Positions 20,460 through 35,100 of a stretch of DNA of 64,000 bases are shown piece after piece; position 1 is the first letter of the stretch, and each line of letters begins with the position of its first letter. The stretch comes from Oikopleura dioica (lineage: Eukaryota; Animalia; Chordata): contig OU015566.1 in assembly GCA_907165135.1 (NCBI GenBank), positions 14,136,001-14,200,000 on the forward strand, in the 5' to 3' direction. The notes beneath the pieces were generated by a model. The model worked only from the letters and a program-made list of their open reading frames with translations, searched no databases and had not been told where the DNA came from. Made by a program: the position numbers and the translations under genes.

Positions 20460-22003
20460 CAGCTCACTGTAGCTTTCTGCGTTTTCCCTGAAATTGAGGC
20501 AAGAAAACTCAAGTGAATAGATCGTTGAGTTTGGGCAGAGGTTTCGAAAGTTGACTGAAAATTGGTTGAAACAGTGGCCACCAAGGTAAAAGGAATCAAA
20601 CCTGAGAGTAGTCAAATCTGGCAGGGATTGAATTTTAAGATCAAGATCAGCAATAGTTTTCTTCACTTTGTCAACTTTTCTGTGCGTTTCTTGAAGAAGA
20701 TCTCTTGAATCTGAAAAAGGAATGTACAGGGGATCGAGAAAAATGAGATCTTACCATCTTGAAGACTCTGAACGCGCTCCCTGAGCGTTTTATTATAAAG
20801 ATTTAGTTGCTTTCGATCTTCGATTTCTTCATCAAGCGATTTTGTATATTCGGCCAGTTCCATGTAGCCAAAGTCGATCATATTCACCAAGGGCTCTAGT
20901 TTGTTGTTTTGGCGGAGGGCTTCGAGACAACCTGGCTCTTGTACCTCTGGTGGAAGCTACGAAACATTAAATGGATAAGATATTTTTCTGTAAATTACAT
21001 TTGCAATTCGATTCCGCCGCGAAGCATCAGCTGAGGGAGGATCTTTCGCGACCTTTTCGATTTGCGCGATGAAATCCTCATCTGTCAGTTCTTTGAGTTT
21101 ATTTTGGTCGAAAAAGAAGGGCAGAAATGAGACACTGTTTGAAACGACGGAAGTAACATCGGATGCGTCTTCCTCTTCGTCGGAGGAGACGACGTTTGAA
21201 GAATTTAGGAATGAGAGCATTTCGTTGGACTCGTCGACGCTCGATGTCTTGCTAGAAGCGACTGGAGATGCGGGCTTGCTGTTCACTGGAGAAGGCGTGG
21301 GAGCTTCAGGGGTTTCTAGAGCCCGTTTGGTTAAGAGAAACGGGTGTTACTTACTACTGGTTGCAGGAGAAATGGGCATATCAACGATTTCCTGTGTTTT
21401 CTTTATTTTCTTAACGGGCGTTTCTGAAGATTTAGGCGGTGATCCGATTGCGAGTCGTTTGATTGTCTGAAAATGAGTTAAAGCCCTCCATGACTTCAAT
21501 ATTTTTGTTAGTCGAAGATTTGAGATTTTTAAGCTTATTACCGATGAAGAATCAGATGAAGCTGACGATGAACTGAGATTCTTTTTAAAACTTAGACAAT
21601 TTTCTTTACTGAAGATTGAGCGCTGCTCCCAGATGTTGATCACGCGCAGGGCTTTAGGTTTGATAGCGGGGTCCTTGCCGATTATGGAAAGGGCTTTGGG
21701 CAGCGAGGCGCGGAAGTAGGAAATGTACTCGGGCACGTTGCCCTTTCGACGGCCATTTTGAAGAACATCGTTGGCCAGATAAAGCAAGGTGAGTTGTTTC
21801 CGCGGCTTGCTCTTTTTGAGCTCTTCATACCAGGTTTGCGCCGCGTGTTTGGCGAACTAAAGATATTTTTCAACTGAAATCAAGGAAGAGAACCTTACCT
21901 TTCTGTGATGAAGAAGCCATAGCGAACAGGTCTCGATGCAATTCGCCGATTCTGTCAGTGCCCGGAGTCGTTTCTTAAAACTTTCGATTCTCGCCTCTGT
22001 CAT
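20460..22003 (-). CDS. RPRD1/RPRD2 family CID-domain protein, multi-exon (3' end approximate)
   Basis: IETCSLWLLHH..LYLANDVLQN..VINIWEQR CID motif; coiled coil ending LPDL. Confidence 0.8.
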
Positions 22004-22134
22004 TAGTCGATAAGGCTCCCGATTTTTCACAAATCCATACTTTCTAAATTGAAAAAATCAATACTAGAATTGAATCTGAAACACGGCAGTGTGTGCGTTT
22101 TATGATCAATCGCGGCAGAGGTTTCAAGAACGAA

Positions 22135-24366
22135 TCAAGCGAGGTTTTTCAGGGTCAGTTTCAGTGGGTCCGAAGTCTTGTCGATTTTGCCCTTCTTTCC
22201 TTTTTTCTTGGAGACTTTGCCACTTTTGTCGCGAGGAACAGCATCGTCAGCGTCTTCTTTCTTGTCTTTTTTCTTCTTTTTATCCTTGTCCTTCTTCTCC
22301 TTTTCCTTGGATTTCTTGAGCTTTTCTTCGTACTGAGATTTGAATTCGGGCGTGATGACTTCTCCAAGGGTTTCTAAAACAGAAACATGGTTCGATTTTT
22401 CTTGCATCAAACTCCAAAGATATAAATCTTTAACAGCTGCTATGAAGGTGAATAGGGCGCTATCTAGAGAGCTTTCATAATTCGCTCATTCCACAAAAAA
22501 ATATACAGATAAAATGACAGCAAAATGATTTTGAGAACCTCTACAGAAAGCCTTGAGCTTGTGTTTACCTATAATTTTTTCCGCGAATTTCGCTGCAATC
22601 TCTCGTGGCTGTTTTCCGGAAACGAAGAACTTCAAAAATATTTTTTGAAATAAATCCTCATTCATATTCTTTTTTGTTTTTATCAGGTGCTGGGCAATTT
22701 CAAACAGGAATACTAAAAATTATCAAAAAATACTCTCTTCAACTTAACCTTACTTTGGTCGGATAGCATGTCGCGGCAATGTCTCCCTAACAGCGGAAGA
22801 ATAACTTGAAAGTTTTCGCAAGCTCTGAGCAAAACTCTAAAGAGCTGTCCCGCAAATCGTCCGTGGATACCCATTTGCTCCACCCAGACGTCAGTACTGA
22901 TGCTGTAATTCTGATTTTCGTCGAGATCGTTTTGCTCTTTCTTTGGTTCTTCTGACACTTTTCTGATGAGGGCATCTAGAGTCCGTTCTTCTTCTAGTGC
23001 CATTTGATTTACGATCGATGTCTTTTGAAGGTTCAAAAATGAATGAGAGAAAGAAAGTTCTAAGATGAAAGTTGAACCCTTTTCAAAAGTCTTGAAATTA
23101 TGCTCCGGTCCAAATTGGGTTCACTTTTCGACAGTTCTTCCGCCATTTCCGGAGCACTTGTTCCCAGTTTCAACATTCTGATGAGAAAGTCGATCTTTTC
23201 CGAGCCTTTTGGAAATCCTTGAACTTTGAGAATCTGCCTGAGCTCTTTTTCCAACTCGACCAGGATGAGATTTATGCAGGAAGGATCAAAGACAATGAGC
23301 GCGGCGTCAATAATTGCTCCTGATTTTTTTATTCCATTCAAGACGGTACTAGAAATCGTCAACTAACTGATCGAAAAAGAGATCCTACGTTAATTCTCTG
23401 CGTTGTTTTTCATCGATGGAATTGGCTCGAATGCAAGCGTCCATGCACCACGTGAATTTGTAAATTTCATCCCTTTGTAAAATGTCTTTGAATTTCGAGT
23501 CGTGAAGAGCCATCAGCAGCCCACTTCTCAAGCTCGCCACAAATGGCTACGAAAAATAAACTGACTCTCAAATGAAAGTTTTTTTACCTGGGCATGAAGC
23601 GGTGTTTTCGTAAACTCACTCTTTATCGCAATAACCGCATTTTCATAAAGATCTTTATTTCCACTTGTCATTCCAACAATCTGTTGCAAAACAGCACATT
23701 TGGCTCTCTTTTCCCTTGGATTCTTCAGTACAGGGCAATCGGTAGTAAAATTCATGACTTGAAGCTCTGTTTCTTCGACAAATTGTCTCACTAACCCTTG
23801 CACCTCTTCTCGGAATAAATCAGGCTTGGAGAGCCAGATGTGGCGGCGAACGTCTGTTGGAGCATTTTGGTAAAGAACAGGATCGGACATGATTTTTTCG
23901 AGCTTGTCTTGAGGAATACTTTCCAGCTTTGAGAGCATTCGCATGACGAATGGCTGTAAAAGTGGATCGCCAGCAAGAGGGAAAGCTTTGTCGAGGATTT
24001 TGAGAAGGGCCTGTGGAGAAGAGGGTAGGAAAGAAAGATTGGTAAGGACTTACTTCATTGCGATCTTCTTGCGTCTTTTTGGAAAAATCTTCAATCCTCC
24101 TTTCAAACACTAGCTTCAACTGGTCGAAAACCGACTGATAAAATTCATTGCGCGTCACTTCATGCAAGTCCAACAAGTTCAACGCTGGTACAAGGGATCC
24201 CAAGCTTATCCTGAACCCTTTCTTTAACACAAAATTTCCTTTGGGAAGTCTACCTGTTTTGCTCTTCAAAATTAATGATCAATTTCATGGGGTCATTTGT
24301 AGAATTAAAGAGGGTTTTCAAGCGCTCTGCGTCGGGTATGCCGACTTCGGATAAAGCCGATGCCAT
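22135..24366 (-). CDS. NELFB: Negative elongation factor B (COBRA1), multi-exon
   Basis: SLVPALNLLDLH..EFYQSVFDQL, VRRHIW..LFREEV, KFTWCMDACIR. Confidence 0.9.
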
Positions 24367-24479
24367 GAATCTGATGAAAACGAATGGATAAGTGGTTTAT
24401 TTTGTAAGAAAATATTGTTTATTGAATAGAAAAGTAGAGAAAAAGGTGTAATCTTTGGAACGATGCAAGTGCAGAAGAT

Positions 24480-25801
24480 TCAGGATTCGGATTTGCTCGG
24501 AGGATCGGACGGGGGCATCGGGGAATAGGCTGTTAGTCGACGATTGAGCGACTTTTCCCGGTTTATGAGACTTGAAGTGTGTTCTTTGAAGGCTTCGTAC
24601 TCGAGGCGCAACATGTTGTACGTTTCTAAAGGGCGTATAAAGCCATGAATTTGTATTGAAAACAACTATTGTGACAGTTAACTGATTTCGAAGTGCCTCT
24701 GTAGCTAATTTTCAGTCACCTGGTCACAGTATATTATAAAATTATACTGGAAAACCTATATTTTCATCCTAAAAAGCGATAAAAAAGACCTCTCTGAGCA
24801 AAAGTACCTCGGAACTCTTCGTTTTCCTGCATCAGTCTTATGACAGTTGCATCTTTGGTTAGCTTCCCCTTCGCATTTGCCCATTCCGAATCGATTGATT
24901 CTAGCTTCTTGTTTTTCTCGTTCAGCTCTGCTTGAAGCGAGGCGATTAAATTTTCTTTGCTTTGAACTGCTTTTCCTCGTTCAAATGCCACTAGAATCGA
25001 TTATTTTTGGATTATCGAAGAAGAGCTTACTGTCCATGTAGTTTTTATTCTCCTGTCGTAAAGAATGAAGTTCCAAATTGTGCAGCTTCTCTGCCTTTTC
25101 GAGCTCTCTTGTTTTTGAAGACTCAAGCTCATCATTTCGCTCTTCAGAAATTCTTAATCGCTCCTGGAGATCAGAAATCGTCGTTGATTGCTTGAGCGTT
25201 TTATCTTCGAGTAAAGACTTTTCATCTAAAATTATTCATGCTCAAAAACTCCAGCTTTCTTACCAGAAAGTTCAGTGTTCGTTTTCTCTAATTTTTCAAG
25301 ACGTTCGAGAAGTGAGTTTGTCTTGTCTTGCCAGTTCTTGATCTCCTTGTTTTTCGCTTCGATTTGAGGATTGATCAAAGAGCTGTTTTCAAGCCGAAGT
25401 CGAACATTTTCTTCTTGAAGCTCAGCTGCGGAAGATTTGTACATGTCTTTGTATTTTATGAGTTCCTGGTGATTGTCTGCTAAATCGTCGAAACGCTGCT
25501 CGATCATTCGGCTTTGGGTCTTTTCATTTTCGATTTGCGACTTGAGTTGATCTTGAGTTTTTTCGAGCTTGCGGATTTGGGCCTTGTAGTCTTCAGCTTC
25601 AAGAATGAGAGTGTCAGTGCGTTTCTTGAGGATACAAATGAGCTCTGCTTGCTCGTCAATTCGACTTATAAGAAATTAGGTCCTGATAAAATGGAATAAA
25701 ATCTACCTCTGAAACCGTCCATCCGGGTCAAGCATCCATCCCTTTTCGAGCGATCCCTCTGCCATACTCTTTTTATCTAGATTTTTTTCTCCGTTATTCA
25801 T
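24480..25801 (-). CDS. CCDC89: Coiled-coil domain-containing protein 89-like, multi-exon
   Basis: RIDEQAELICILKKR, RFDDLADNHQELIKYKD..LRLENSSL, YEAFKEH..REKSLN. Confidence 0.75.
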
Positions 25802-26137
25802 TTTGAAAAAATGCCTTCGAATTTGACTGAAGCGTTTTCTGTGCAGATTTTCGTATATTTGAACAGATTGCAAATGTCAAAGGGAAGTCATGAATCAGAA
25901 ACATGAGATTTAATTCCATCCAGTAGCCACAAGATAAACGAGGTATTCTTTTTCTGAAAAAAAGAAAGAAAAAAAAAGTAAAACTTTTTAGTAAAACTAT
26001 TGAATTAGTAGTTTCCGAAACAGAAAGTCTTAAAATTTGGGCTACATGTCGCAGTGCATAAGTCAGAATAATTTAGTATTTGAACAGGAGAGCACACCAG
26101 ATTAAAGATTGAACTCATGAGGAACTATATTACAGCG

Positions 26138-26626
<489 letters not shown>

Positions 26627-27032
26627 TCTGAGATTATGACATAAAGAAAGGCCCCGGAAAGATGCAAATCTTCGTCCGACAGTCGTCAAGCGCATTCTGA
26701 CTTTATCTATTCCTGCTTATCAGCTCTTATGAGTCGAGAATCACATCGACTGACTTATCGGACAAATTTTAAATGAAAAGAAACAATGATTTTTGCTTGA
26801 AGGAACTGTGTATTGAATCAGGACGATTTGCTCGAACTTACAGTAATAAGATATATTAAGAATTATTGCACTAGAAATAAAGAAGGCGGTCAGTCGTTGT
26901 TTTGGTAGAATTCTTGGATTGCTGGTCGGGAGAACATCTCTTGCAGGCTACTTTTTGTTTGGGTTAATTTTTAGCACGTAGAAGCGGACAACTGGAAAGT
27001 TGAATTGGCGATTCTTGCACTGTAGTATTGTT

Positions 27033-29179
27033 TTATGTGCTGTGGATTTCGTTGAAGTCGAACTTTTGACTGTCATCGTTGACGTCGCATGTAACGAACT
27101 TGACCTTTCCAATCGAGGTTTTGTTCGTCACTGAGATGCACTGTCGCTCTGAAAATTGATAGCTAGAATTTTTAATTGAAAAAGTTTTAGCTTTACGTTT
27201 CTTTTTCTCTCCGTAAGAGATCATTCCGGTTTTTGGGTCGTAATCCCAGCCAGCTTTATCCCCGGCTGAGCAGTGCGACAGCCTCAAATTTCCTGAAGAC
27301 ATGAACAAGCACTGGTCGTATTGCATCAACTGCAGGTTATCGTTGAGCCGGAAAAGCTGGTTTCCACCCTGTTTGTGACAGTAGTAAGTTTCCACAGAGC
27401 CACCGTTAGTGTGACCCATCGAATCGAGGCATTGGTTGCCTTGACGAGCGCGAATTTCGCCCCAGAACTTGTTCAAGGGAGGCATTGGGTATTCTATCGC
27501 CACTCCGTAACCGATTTCTAAAAAAAATAAATAGGGAGAAAATTAAAGAATAGTTTTACCTTTCATAAACCAGTTGAAATCATAGGGGCAGTGATTCTTT
27601 CTGAACTCAACTTGAGGTCCAATATCTCCGTAGTCAAGTGTTTTCGCTTCTGGACGGGAGACGTAGAAGTATTTACTCCAGTCATCCCACCAAGTTTCAA
27701 TAACTCTTCTGTAATTTCGCATGGATGGATTTGAGGGAACATCCTTTGGTGGCGGGTTGCCTTCCCATCCTGAATTTTTAGCATCAATTTCTCACTATAC
27801 ATGTATTTTCAAACCTTCTAGTCGGTAGATATGTCCAACTCTAGAGCAGGGGACAAACAACATTCCACCACCGCACATCCAAAGCTTATAACTCAACTCA
27901 AAGTTCTCTCCTCCCCAAATTTCAAGACCAGGATCGTAGTACATGATATCTTTGAAATACTGACGATTGATGGCGAAGAGTCCGCCGGCCATCGCTGGAC
28001 TGGGGAACGGTTGAATCTTTGAAGGAAGCTTCTTATCTTCCTCTGGAGGCAAAGCGATTCTTTTCCACAAAAAGCTCCAGTCCCATGCGCCTAGAAATGG
28101 TAAATTCACATTACAATATCCAGCATATTAACCTGTAGCTCGGCCCCATCGATCACCACCACCTTGGCTGGTGAAATGATAGTGATTTCCATCGATTCCG
28201 TCAATCATTGGCACGGTAGAGATTCTATCATTTCGCGCGATTGGCGCTAGAAGAGGTGGCAGCCAGTTGAATTCCGCTTCGCAATGAGCGTCGAGGAAAA
28301 CGAGAACTTCTTTTCGCGACTCAACCGCACCGATTGAACGGGCCCGGATGAGACCCTCGCGTTTTGCGTTGCGATGGACGCGGACAAGGCCATTCCAGCG
28401 CTTGATGTACTCGTCCAGGTTTGCCTTGAGATGTTCTTTGATCGGTTAGCTATTGAATTTGAATCAAGCAATTAGCTTTTTAGGATAAAAAGGTGATAAC
28501 CGAGCCTTTTGTTGACGCATCATCGACCATCACGATCTCTCCAAGAAGCTCTTTCGGCGTCTGTTTGATGACAGAATTAACAGTTCTCATCAACGTACTC
28601 CATCCTTCATTATGAAACACAATGACGACAGAAACTTCTGGCAGCTTTTCAGGATAGTCAACATATTTGCACTTTGGATCTCGAATGTCTTTTGGAACTC
28701 GGTCGAGGGAGATCTTGTCGGACATGACCATGTTGAAGCCGAATTCTTTGATGGACTTTTTGACGGCGTCTTCTTCGTCCGGTCCCCAACTGACCTGTTT
28801 TCCGTAGTCGCCGAGGCCGGTTTCCATGCCTTTGATCGTCGCCTGGGACAATTTAAGAGAACAGGATGAAAAGCGTTCTTACCTGATCTGGCTCATAATT
28901 TCCGAGCTTTCCATAATCTCTATAAACTTCTTTAGGCACGTCTTCATCGAGCCCTCGTCCCATGATTGTTCCTTCAAAGCCAGGGAACTCTTCCCGCGCT
29001 CCGATTTCATAGTCATCTGTATCTCCATGTTCTTTCTTGTGATGTTTATGCGATTTCTTGGAATGCGAACTCGATCCCGAATCGTCCGCGTCGGCGAGTA
29101 ATAAATAAGCGAATGCCAAAGCCGACGCAATAAGCAGAATCGGCTTGTAGAGGCCCGAGAGCCGACGACTCAGCCTCAT
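27033..29179 (-). CDS. GALNT7: Polypeptide GalNAc-transferase, GALNT7-like copy A, multi-exon (includes GC-AG intron 28436-28505)
   Basis: Type II TM start, [44 protein letters not shown], ricin-B lectin domain. Confidence 0.85.
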
Positions 29180-29523
29180 CTAAAATGACGAAAATGGATG
29201 GTGAATAATCGTAATAATAGAATAAGTTTTTCTGAAATAGTCACAGAAAGGAACAGCTAGAACTGACTAAAGTAAGAGCACCGAGCGGGTTTATTTTTTA
29301 ATTTTTGCAACTTGGCTTGCGAGTTGCTGCTCTTTTTGTGTTAAAAATATAATGGCAGAAGTGAAGACAGAATTGTGTTGGTGCATTTTTGTCATAGAAA
29401 AAAACTCATCTTATTTACACATATTTTTGGAACTATGGATACTTTCTGGTTCTGATATTGCACTTGTACTTTCGCGGAGTAAAAAGAAAGTGGAGCTGAA
29501 GGCGATTCGGGTGAATGAGGAGC

Positions 29524-32004
29524 TTATAAGACGGCTTCTTCGTTGACTTCCCATTGCTGGTAAATGTCATCGGGTCGGCAGTCTATAAATCAAGCATAAG
29601 GAAGGGTTTTTAAATTGATTGTCTACCTTCAATAGTTAAGGGTCCAGTGGGTTTATCTGCATCATTGCTTCTGGTCAGACATTTGCCTTTGTAACGGAAT
29701 GTTCCATCTGTATCGAGATTGAATTTCCATGCGTTCGAAGGGCTGTTGACTCTTTCGCATGCATGGATGTTCATCTTTGAGTTGTCACTGAAAGCAGAAA
29801 GTTTGATTATGCAAGCATCAATACATCGAGCGGACTAAGGAATCAATTCTACGAGATCATCACAATCAACACGACCGATTAGGAAAGCTTCTATTCAAAT
29901 AGAAACGTGCGTAAATTATCAACAATTGCGTTTACCCAGTTATTGAGGAAAACCATTCCTCAACTTTCAAATTCTTTATGATTTGAATCGTTGTCAAGCC
30001 ACTAATAAGCAAAAACACCACTATCAAAACCAAACTTTCTAGTGCATACCTCGCTGGATAGAGACATTGAAGATTTTGAGCAATAAAACCACCAGCGTGG
30101 ATTCTGAAGAGTTGGTTTCCTCCTTGTTTGTGACAATACCAGGACTCTGCGGGGCCATCATTATCTTAACAAATGTCTTGTCAACATCTAATGAAAAAGC
30201 TTTTGCACCTTTGTGGCCCATAGAATCGACGCAGATGTTAGACCCTTTGCCTCTGATTTCGCCCCAAGCAAGGAGCTCATTTGGAGCGTCGTACATGTCT
30301 GTGATTCCATAAGCGACTTCTTCCATCAGCCAGGTGAAGTTGTGGGGACAGTGATCGTGTCGGAACTTGACTTGTTCGCTAACATCACCGTAGTCGAGCT
30401 TTTGCAACTCCGGTCGGTTCCAGTAAAAGTACTGAAATAAGTGTTATCAATAGAGGTAAAGGAAGCGTTTTGTACCTTTGCCCAGTCGTCCCACCAAACT
30501 TCGATAACTCTTCTGTAATTTCTGAAAGAAGGATTTGAAGGAACATATTCTGGTGGTGGATTTCCACCCCATCCTTCAAGTCTGTAGACGTGACCGACTC
30601 TTGAGCATGGAACAAAGTACACGCCTCCGCCGCACATCCAAAGTTTATAAGAGATTTCATACTGCTCCCCGCCCCAAATCTCCAGTCCTGGGTCGTACAT
30701 TCCAACATTGTTAAAATGCTCTCTGTTGATGGCGAAAAGTCCTCCAGCCATGGCTGGCGATGGATACATTTCGGTAGCATGCTTGAGCTTCTCTGACTCT
30801 TTCTTCGGAAGTGGGTATCTCTTCCACAAAAGTTCCATTCCCATCCTCCTTGGGCGCGTCCGTGGCTATCTCCACCGGCTTGGCCACTGAAAGTGTAACG
30901 CTGGCCGTCAATGGAGTCGATAAGTGGGACTGTTGAAATTCTATCGTTTCTAGCAATGGGCGCAATAAGTGGCGGCAGCCAATTGTATCCAGCCTCACAA
31001 TGAGCATCGAGGAAGACAAGGACTTCAAAAGTAGCATGCTGAGCGCCAATTGAGCGCGCTCGAATGAGGCCCTCTCGTCGAGCGTTTCTGTAAAGCTTCA
31101 CTTTTCCGTTCCATCGCTTGATGTACTCTTCTAGAGGCTGGCCAAGATGGGGTTTGTCTTTGATGATGGATCCGTCGTCAATGATGACGATTTCACCGAG
31201 AAGTTCTGGAGGAGTTCGATTAACGACTGAGTGGAAGGTTCTTACGAGAGGTCCCCATCCTTCATTGTGGAAGACAACGACGACAGACACCATTGGAAGC
31301 TTTTCTGGGTAGTCGATTGAGACGCATTCCTTGTCACGAAGATCTTTGGGCAATCGGTCCATGGAAATTTTATCGGAATTGACCAAGTTGAAGCCGAATT
31401 CTTTGATGATTTCTTTGACATGCTCTTCTTCTTCTGGCAGAGTATGAACAGATGCTCCTCGCTCTCCTGGACCATCATGGCCAGTCTCATCAATGGGAGG
31501 ATTGTGCTCCCAATTGCCATCTTTTCCGTCAGGTCGGTAATATGGCTCTGGAACATTTTCGTCTATTCCTCGACCAACCAGAGTCACAGTTCGTCCATCC
31601 CAGGTCTTCATCGTTTCTGGTTTGCGACCAGAATTTTTAACAACAGTTGGAGCTTTTCGTCTCTCGTTGAAATCAACTTCATTGCCTCCAATGTGTGGAA
31701 ACTCGAGATCAGACTCGTGTCGATCAGGGAGAACTTTTCGGTCAATATCAAGAGGGTCTTTTACTTCCTCTTTCACTGCGCCGAAATCCGGATATTCTTT
31801 GTCCTTGGCTTCGGAATGGTGCTTTGCATGTTTTTTCGCTTTCTTTGCCTGGGAAAAAATATGATATGAAATGATCCTACTAATTACCTCTTTTTGTTCA
31901 GAATCAGAATGCGGGAACGCGAACGTGTACAGTAGACAAGAAACAACAAGGAATACGACGACGAGGCGAATCGCAGAACCCGTCCGGATTCGGACTGTTC
32001 TCAT
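29524..32004 (-). CDS. GALNT7: Polypeptide GalNAc-transferase, GALNT7-like copy B (apparent 1-nt frameshift at 30828-30831)
   Basis: Same motifs as copy A: FHNEGWG, FLDAHCE, MAGGLFA, WGGEQ, HVYRLEGWGGNPPP, lectin ending QQW. Confidence 0.85.
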
Positions 32005-32166
32005 TTTTTTAATTCACGATTTCAATTTTATCTGAAGTTGCAAACTCAAAATTTTGTTAATGAGTAATTATCAATATTAGCCGTCACAAGGTACAGAAGA
32101 AAATTGAAGAAGGAATGAATTGTTGAAGAATTAATTGAATAAAAATAGTAGCTTGAAGAAAACACA

Positions 32167-35100
32167 TTATGAAAGAATCTCTTTCAGCGACCATAGAATC
32201 TGTCCAGTGATGTACTCATAGACGTCCTTTACGTCCGAGCCTTTGGCGATTCCAAAAATAACCTTTCCATTTATAGTTTTTCTGAAGAAATACAACTCTG
32301 TTTCCATTTCCCGGATGCAATCAGTTTTTTGTTCCCAAAACATTCTTTTCAAGAACTTAGTATGTTTTTCTTCCAACGGCCGGGCGTATATTATTTCACC
32401 AGAGAATTCCCAATGAACGATGATCCCCAAAGCTCGGTGGCCGATTCCAGAGAGGGGAAGGGTGTTTGAGCATTTGACATTGATGAATGAACTGATCGGG
32501 TTGAGGATTTTAGCGATTGAAGCGGTGAGTTTGTGGCTGTTCTGGGACTGACTCTCTAGCTTTTGTTTTTTCGTATCGAAAATGGAAGTGATGGAATTGA
32601 GGGATGAGCTTCTCGACCTCGCTGGTCGCGGGGAAAATGGCGGGTTATTCTCCAAAATCTGTATTTTTGGATGTTTTTCCCTAATTATCTCCATGTTTCG
32701 AGCTGGGGTCGGCGACCCATCTTTCAAACAAAATTTAATTTTTTATTACATAAGCTTTCATAGACGCGAGATAAAATTAATCGTCGAAGCGCCTTATTAT
32801 AATAAAAAGTTGCTTAAAAAAGCTCTCGATGACATTTTTCAAATCGGGAGCGGATCCCTTAAATTTATCATTTATCAATGGAGGAATAAAACTGTACATC
32901 AGGTTTAGATAACAAGATAGAAATCCGGTCTTCAAACTGAGTGAAACCCATCTTACCCATCATTTGAACCCATCTTTCCCATCATTTGAACCCATCTTAC
33001 CCATCTTTGGGAGACCCATCTTTCCCATCTTTCAGAATCAAAAGATGGGTTATGGTAAGATGGGTTTACCCATCATTCCCATCTTTCCCAGCACCCATCT
33101 TACCCATCTTTCCCATCTTTGAAAGATGGACCGCCGACCCCAGGCTTCGAGAAACAAGCGATAGTAACGCTTCGGAAATTTTGGCAAAAGCGCTGAATTG
33201 GGCATTGAACTTGGATTTCTTCTCGGCTCTCGTATGATCCCCGCTGGAGAGAAAGTCCAAAGTCGAGTTGATCCGATTGCTCCAGATTTTGTGGATCATC
33301 TCTTGATAGCTCTTCGGGAGGCGGATCTTGAGCTTTTCGTAAAGATTTCGAATCTCGTCCATTTGCAGCTCAGAAAGCGATGCGTGCAGGGAAAGATGAA
33401 GCATCAACGTTTCCCAAGAGTAGAGATCTGAAAAGATAGTCATTGTTGTTATCAGTTATATATCCATAGCAGGGTGGCACAATTGGAAAAAAATTTTGGT
33501 CAATCCAACCAACTAACAATCCAATCCAATCGCCTTTTGTCCAATCCAACCAATTCCCAATCCAATTCCAATTCCAATTGGAAATTGACTTTCCAATTGG
33601 AAAATAGGCTTCCAATTGGAATTGCGGTCAAATCGAACCCCTTTTTAACCAATTAGACATCCAATTCCCCCTCGCCATCCCGTTTCCGACTCGAAAATCC
33701 GCTTCATGAGGAAAACAAGCGAATAATATAGGATCCGAAGCCATTCCTGCTAAAGTCACGGCGATTTTTCAGACGTAAAAGTCATATTTTTAACCGGCCT
33801 TAGCTGTTTTTCCCTCATTTTTGATCGACAATAAGTGTTCCTTGACTAATGAAACCCTTAAAATATTTCTTTTTCCCAAAATACCCCGTTTTTAGCGCTA
33901 TTTCGGGGCCTGAAAAAGTAAAAATCCAATTGGACAATTGGATTCCAATTTTCCAATTGGATTTGATTTTCCAATTGGAAAGACCCGAAATCTCATACCC
34001 CTGTCCAACCAATTTCCAATCCAATTCCAATTGGACAAGGTTCCAAATTGGATTCCAATCCAATTGTGCCACCCTGTCCATAGAAACGTCCGCTGTACTA
34101 TTTGAAGTGCAAAAATTTAACTTACCGTTGAGAATGAAAGAATTGCTTTCCTCCAGCGAAGTGAGCGTAAATAAATAAATATCATCGAGCAACTCTGTCG
34201 ACTGTAACAGCATCAGTTTCGTCCGACCAGAGGTGAGTGGAATAAACACAGCAAGCGGTTCTTTCACTATTTGCTCGCTAACTATTTGCCCGAGAAGTCG
34301 AATCGCAGCGGGATGAACAATTCCACGAATTCTCGCGCTGCGAACAACCTAAATTTGAACGGTAAAAAATGTTGAAAGGGGAGAAGTTTGTTTTGTTTTG
34401 AAGGAAATATCAGAGGCGAGTGGGATTAACCACTTGTTGACTTGAAGGTTATTTGATATTTTGGGCGGTCTAGTCGCGCATTGAAAAAAATGAAAATGCA
34501 AAATGAAGGGGGAAATTAAAATAAAAAAGCCTCAAATCGGGTTGATTCAAAATAAAGGCTTCTTGAAAACAAGACCTTGACGGATTGTACAAGATGAAAA
34601 TATCAAGCAAAATGTCAGCCAGGAACGTTTTGTCGGAAGTTTTATCAAGTTTTTCTCTATAGAAAAAGGCCGATTCTCTTACTTATGCGCTCTATAAATC
34701 TCTATGAATTATGGACCAATTGTTATGTGTCTATTTACTTGTGTTTATACTGTAAAGAAGTCCAGTCTATTTAACCCGAAAAAGAATCCATGAAAAACAT
34801 GAAAATAGCCTTCATAAAATCGCGTTTTCTCTACGTGTCAGGTTCGCCTCCTCTGGAAACAGGTTTAATTCGCCACTTGAGCTATCAAGTGGACTGTCAG
34901 TCGGTTCCACATTACATTCAGCCGGAGCCGATAAAAGAAAAGAAACAACGCCCGCGGGTAAAGGTAAAATGGCGACTCACCTTTGCGTGGCACACGATCG
35001 CTGCCGCCGTATCGCTCAAACCGGAGAGAGCTTTGTTCAGCGCCAAGTTAGACGATGTGTGCACCTGGCAATAAATGTTAGAAATATCATAAGATAATGA

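Noticed and set aside
30820-30840. GALNT copy B as a pseudogene
   Set aside because: Only one 1-nt indel, in a homopolymer, with all motifs intact. Similar indels at 13952 and 60075 suggest long-read errors.
33480-34070. CCAATT and CCCATCTT arrays as CRISPR or satellite, and ORFs 33370-33615 and 33849-34178
   Set aside because: No repeat-spacer periodicity; they are MITE subterminal motifs, and the ORFs are by-products.
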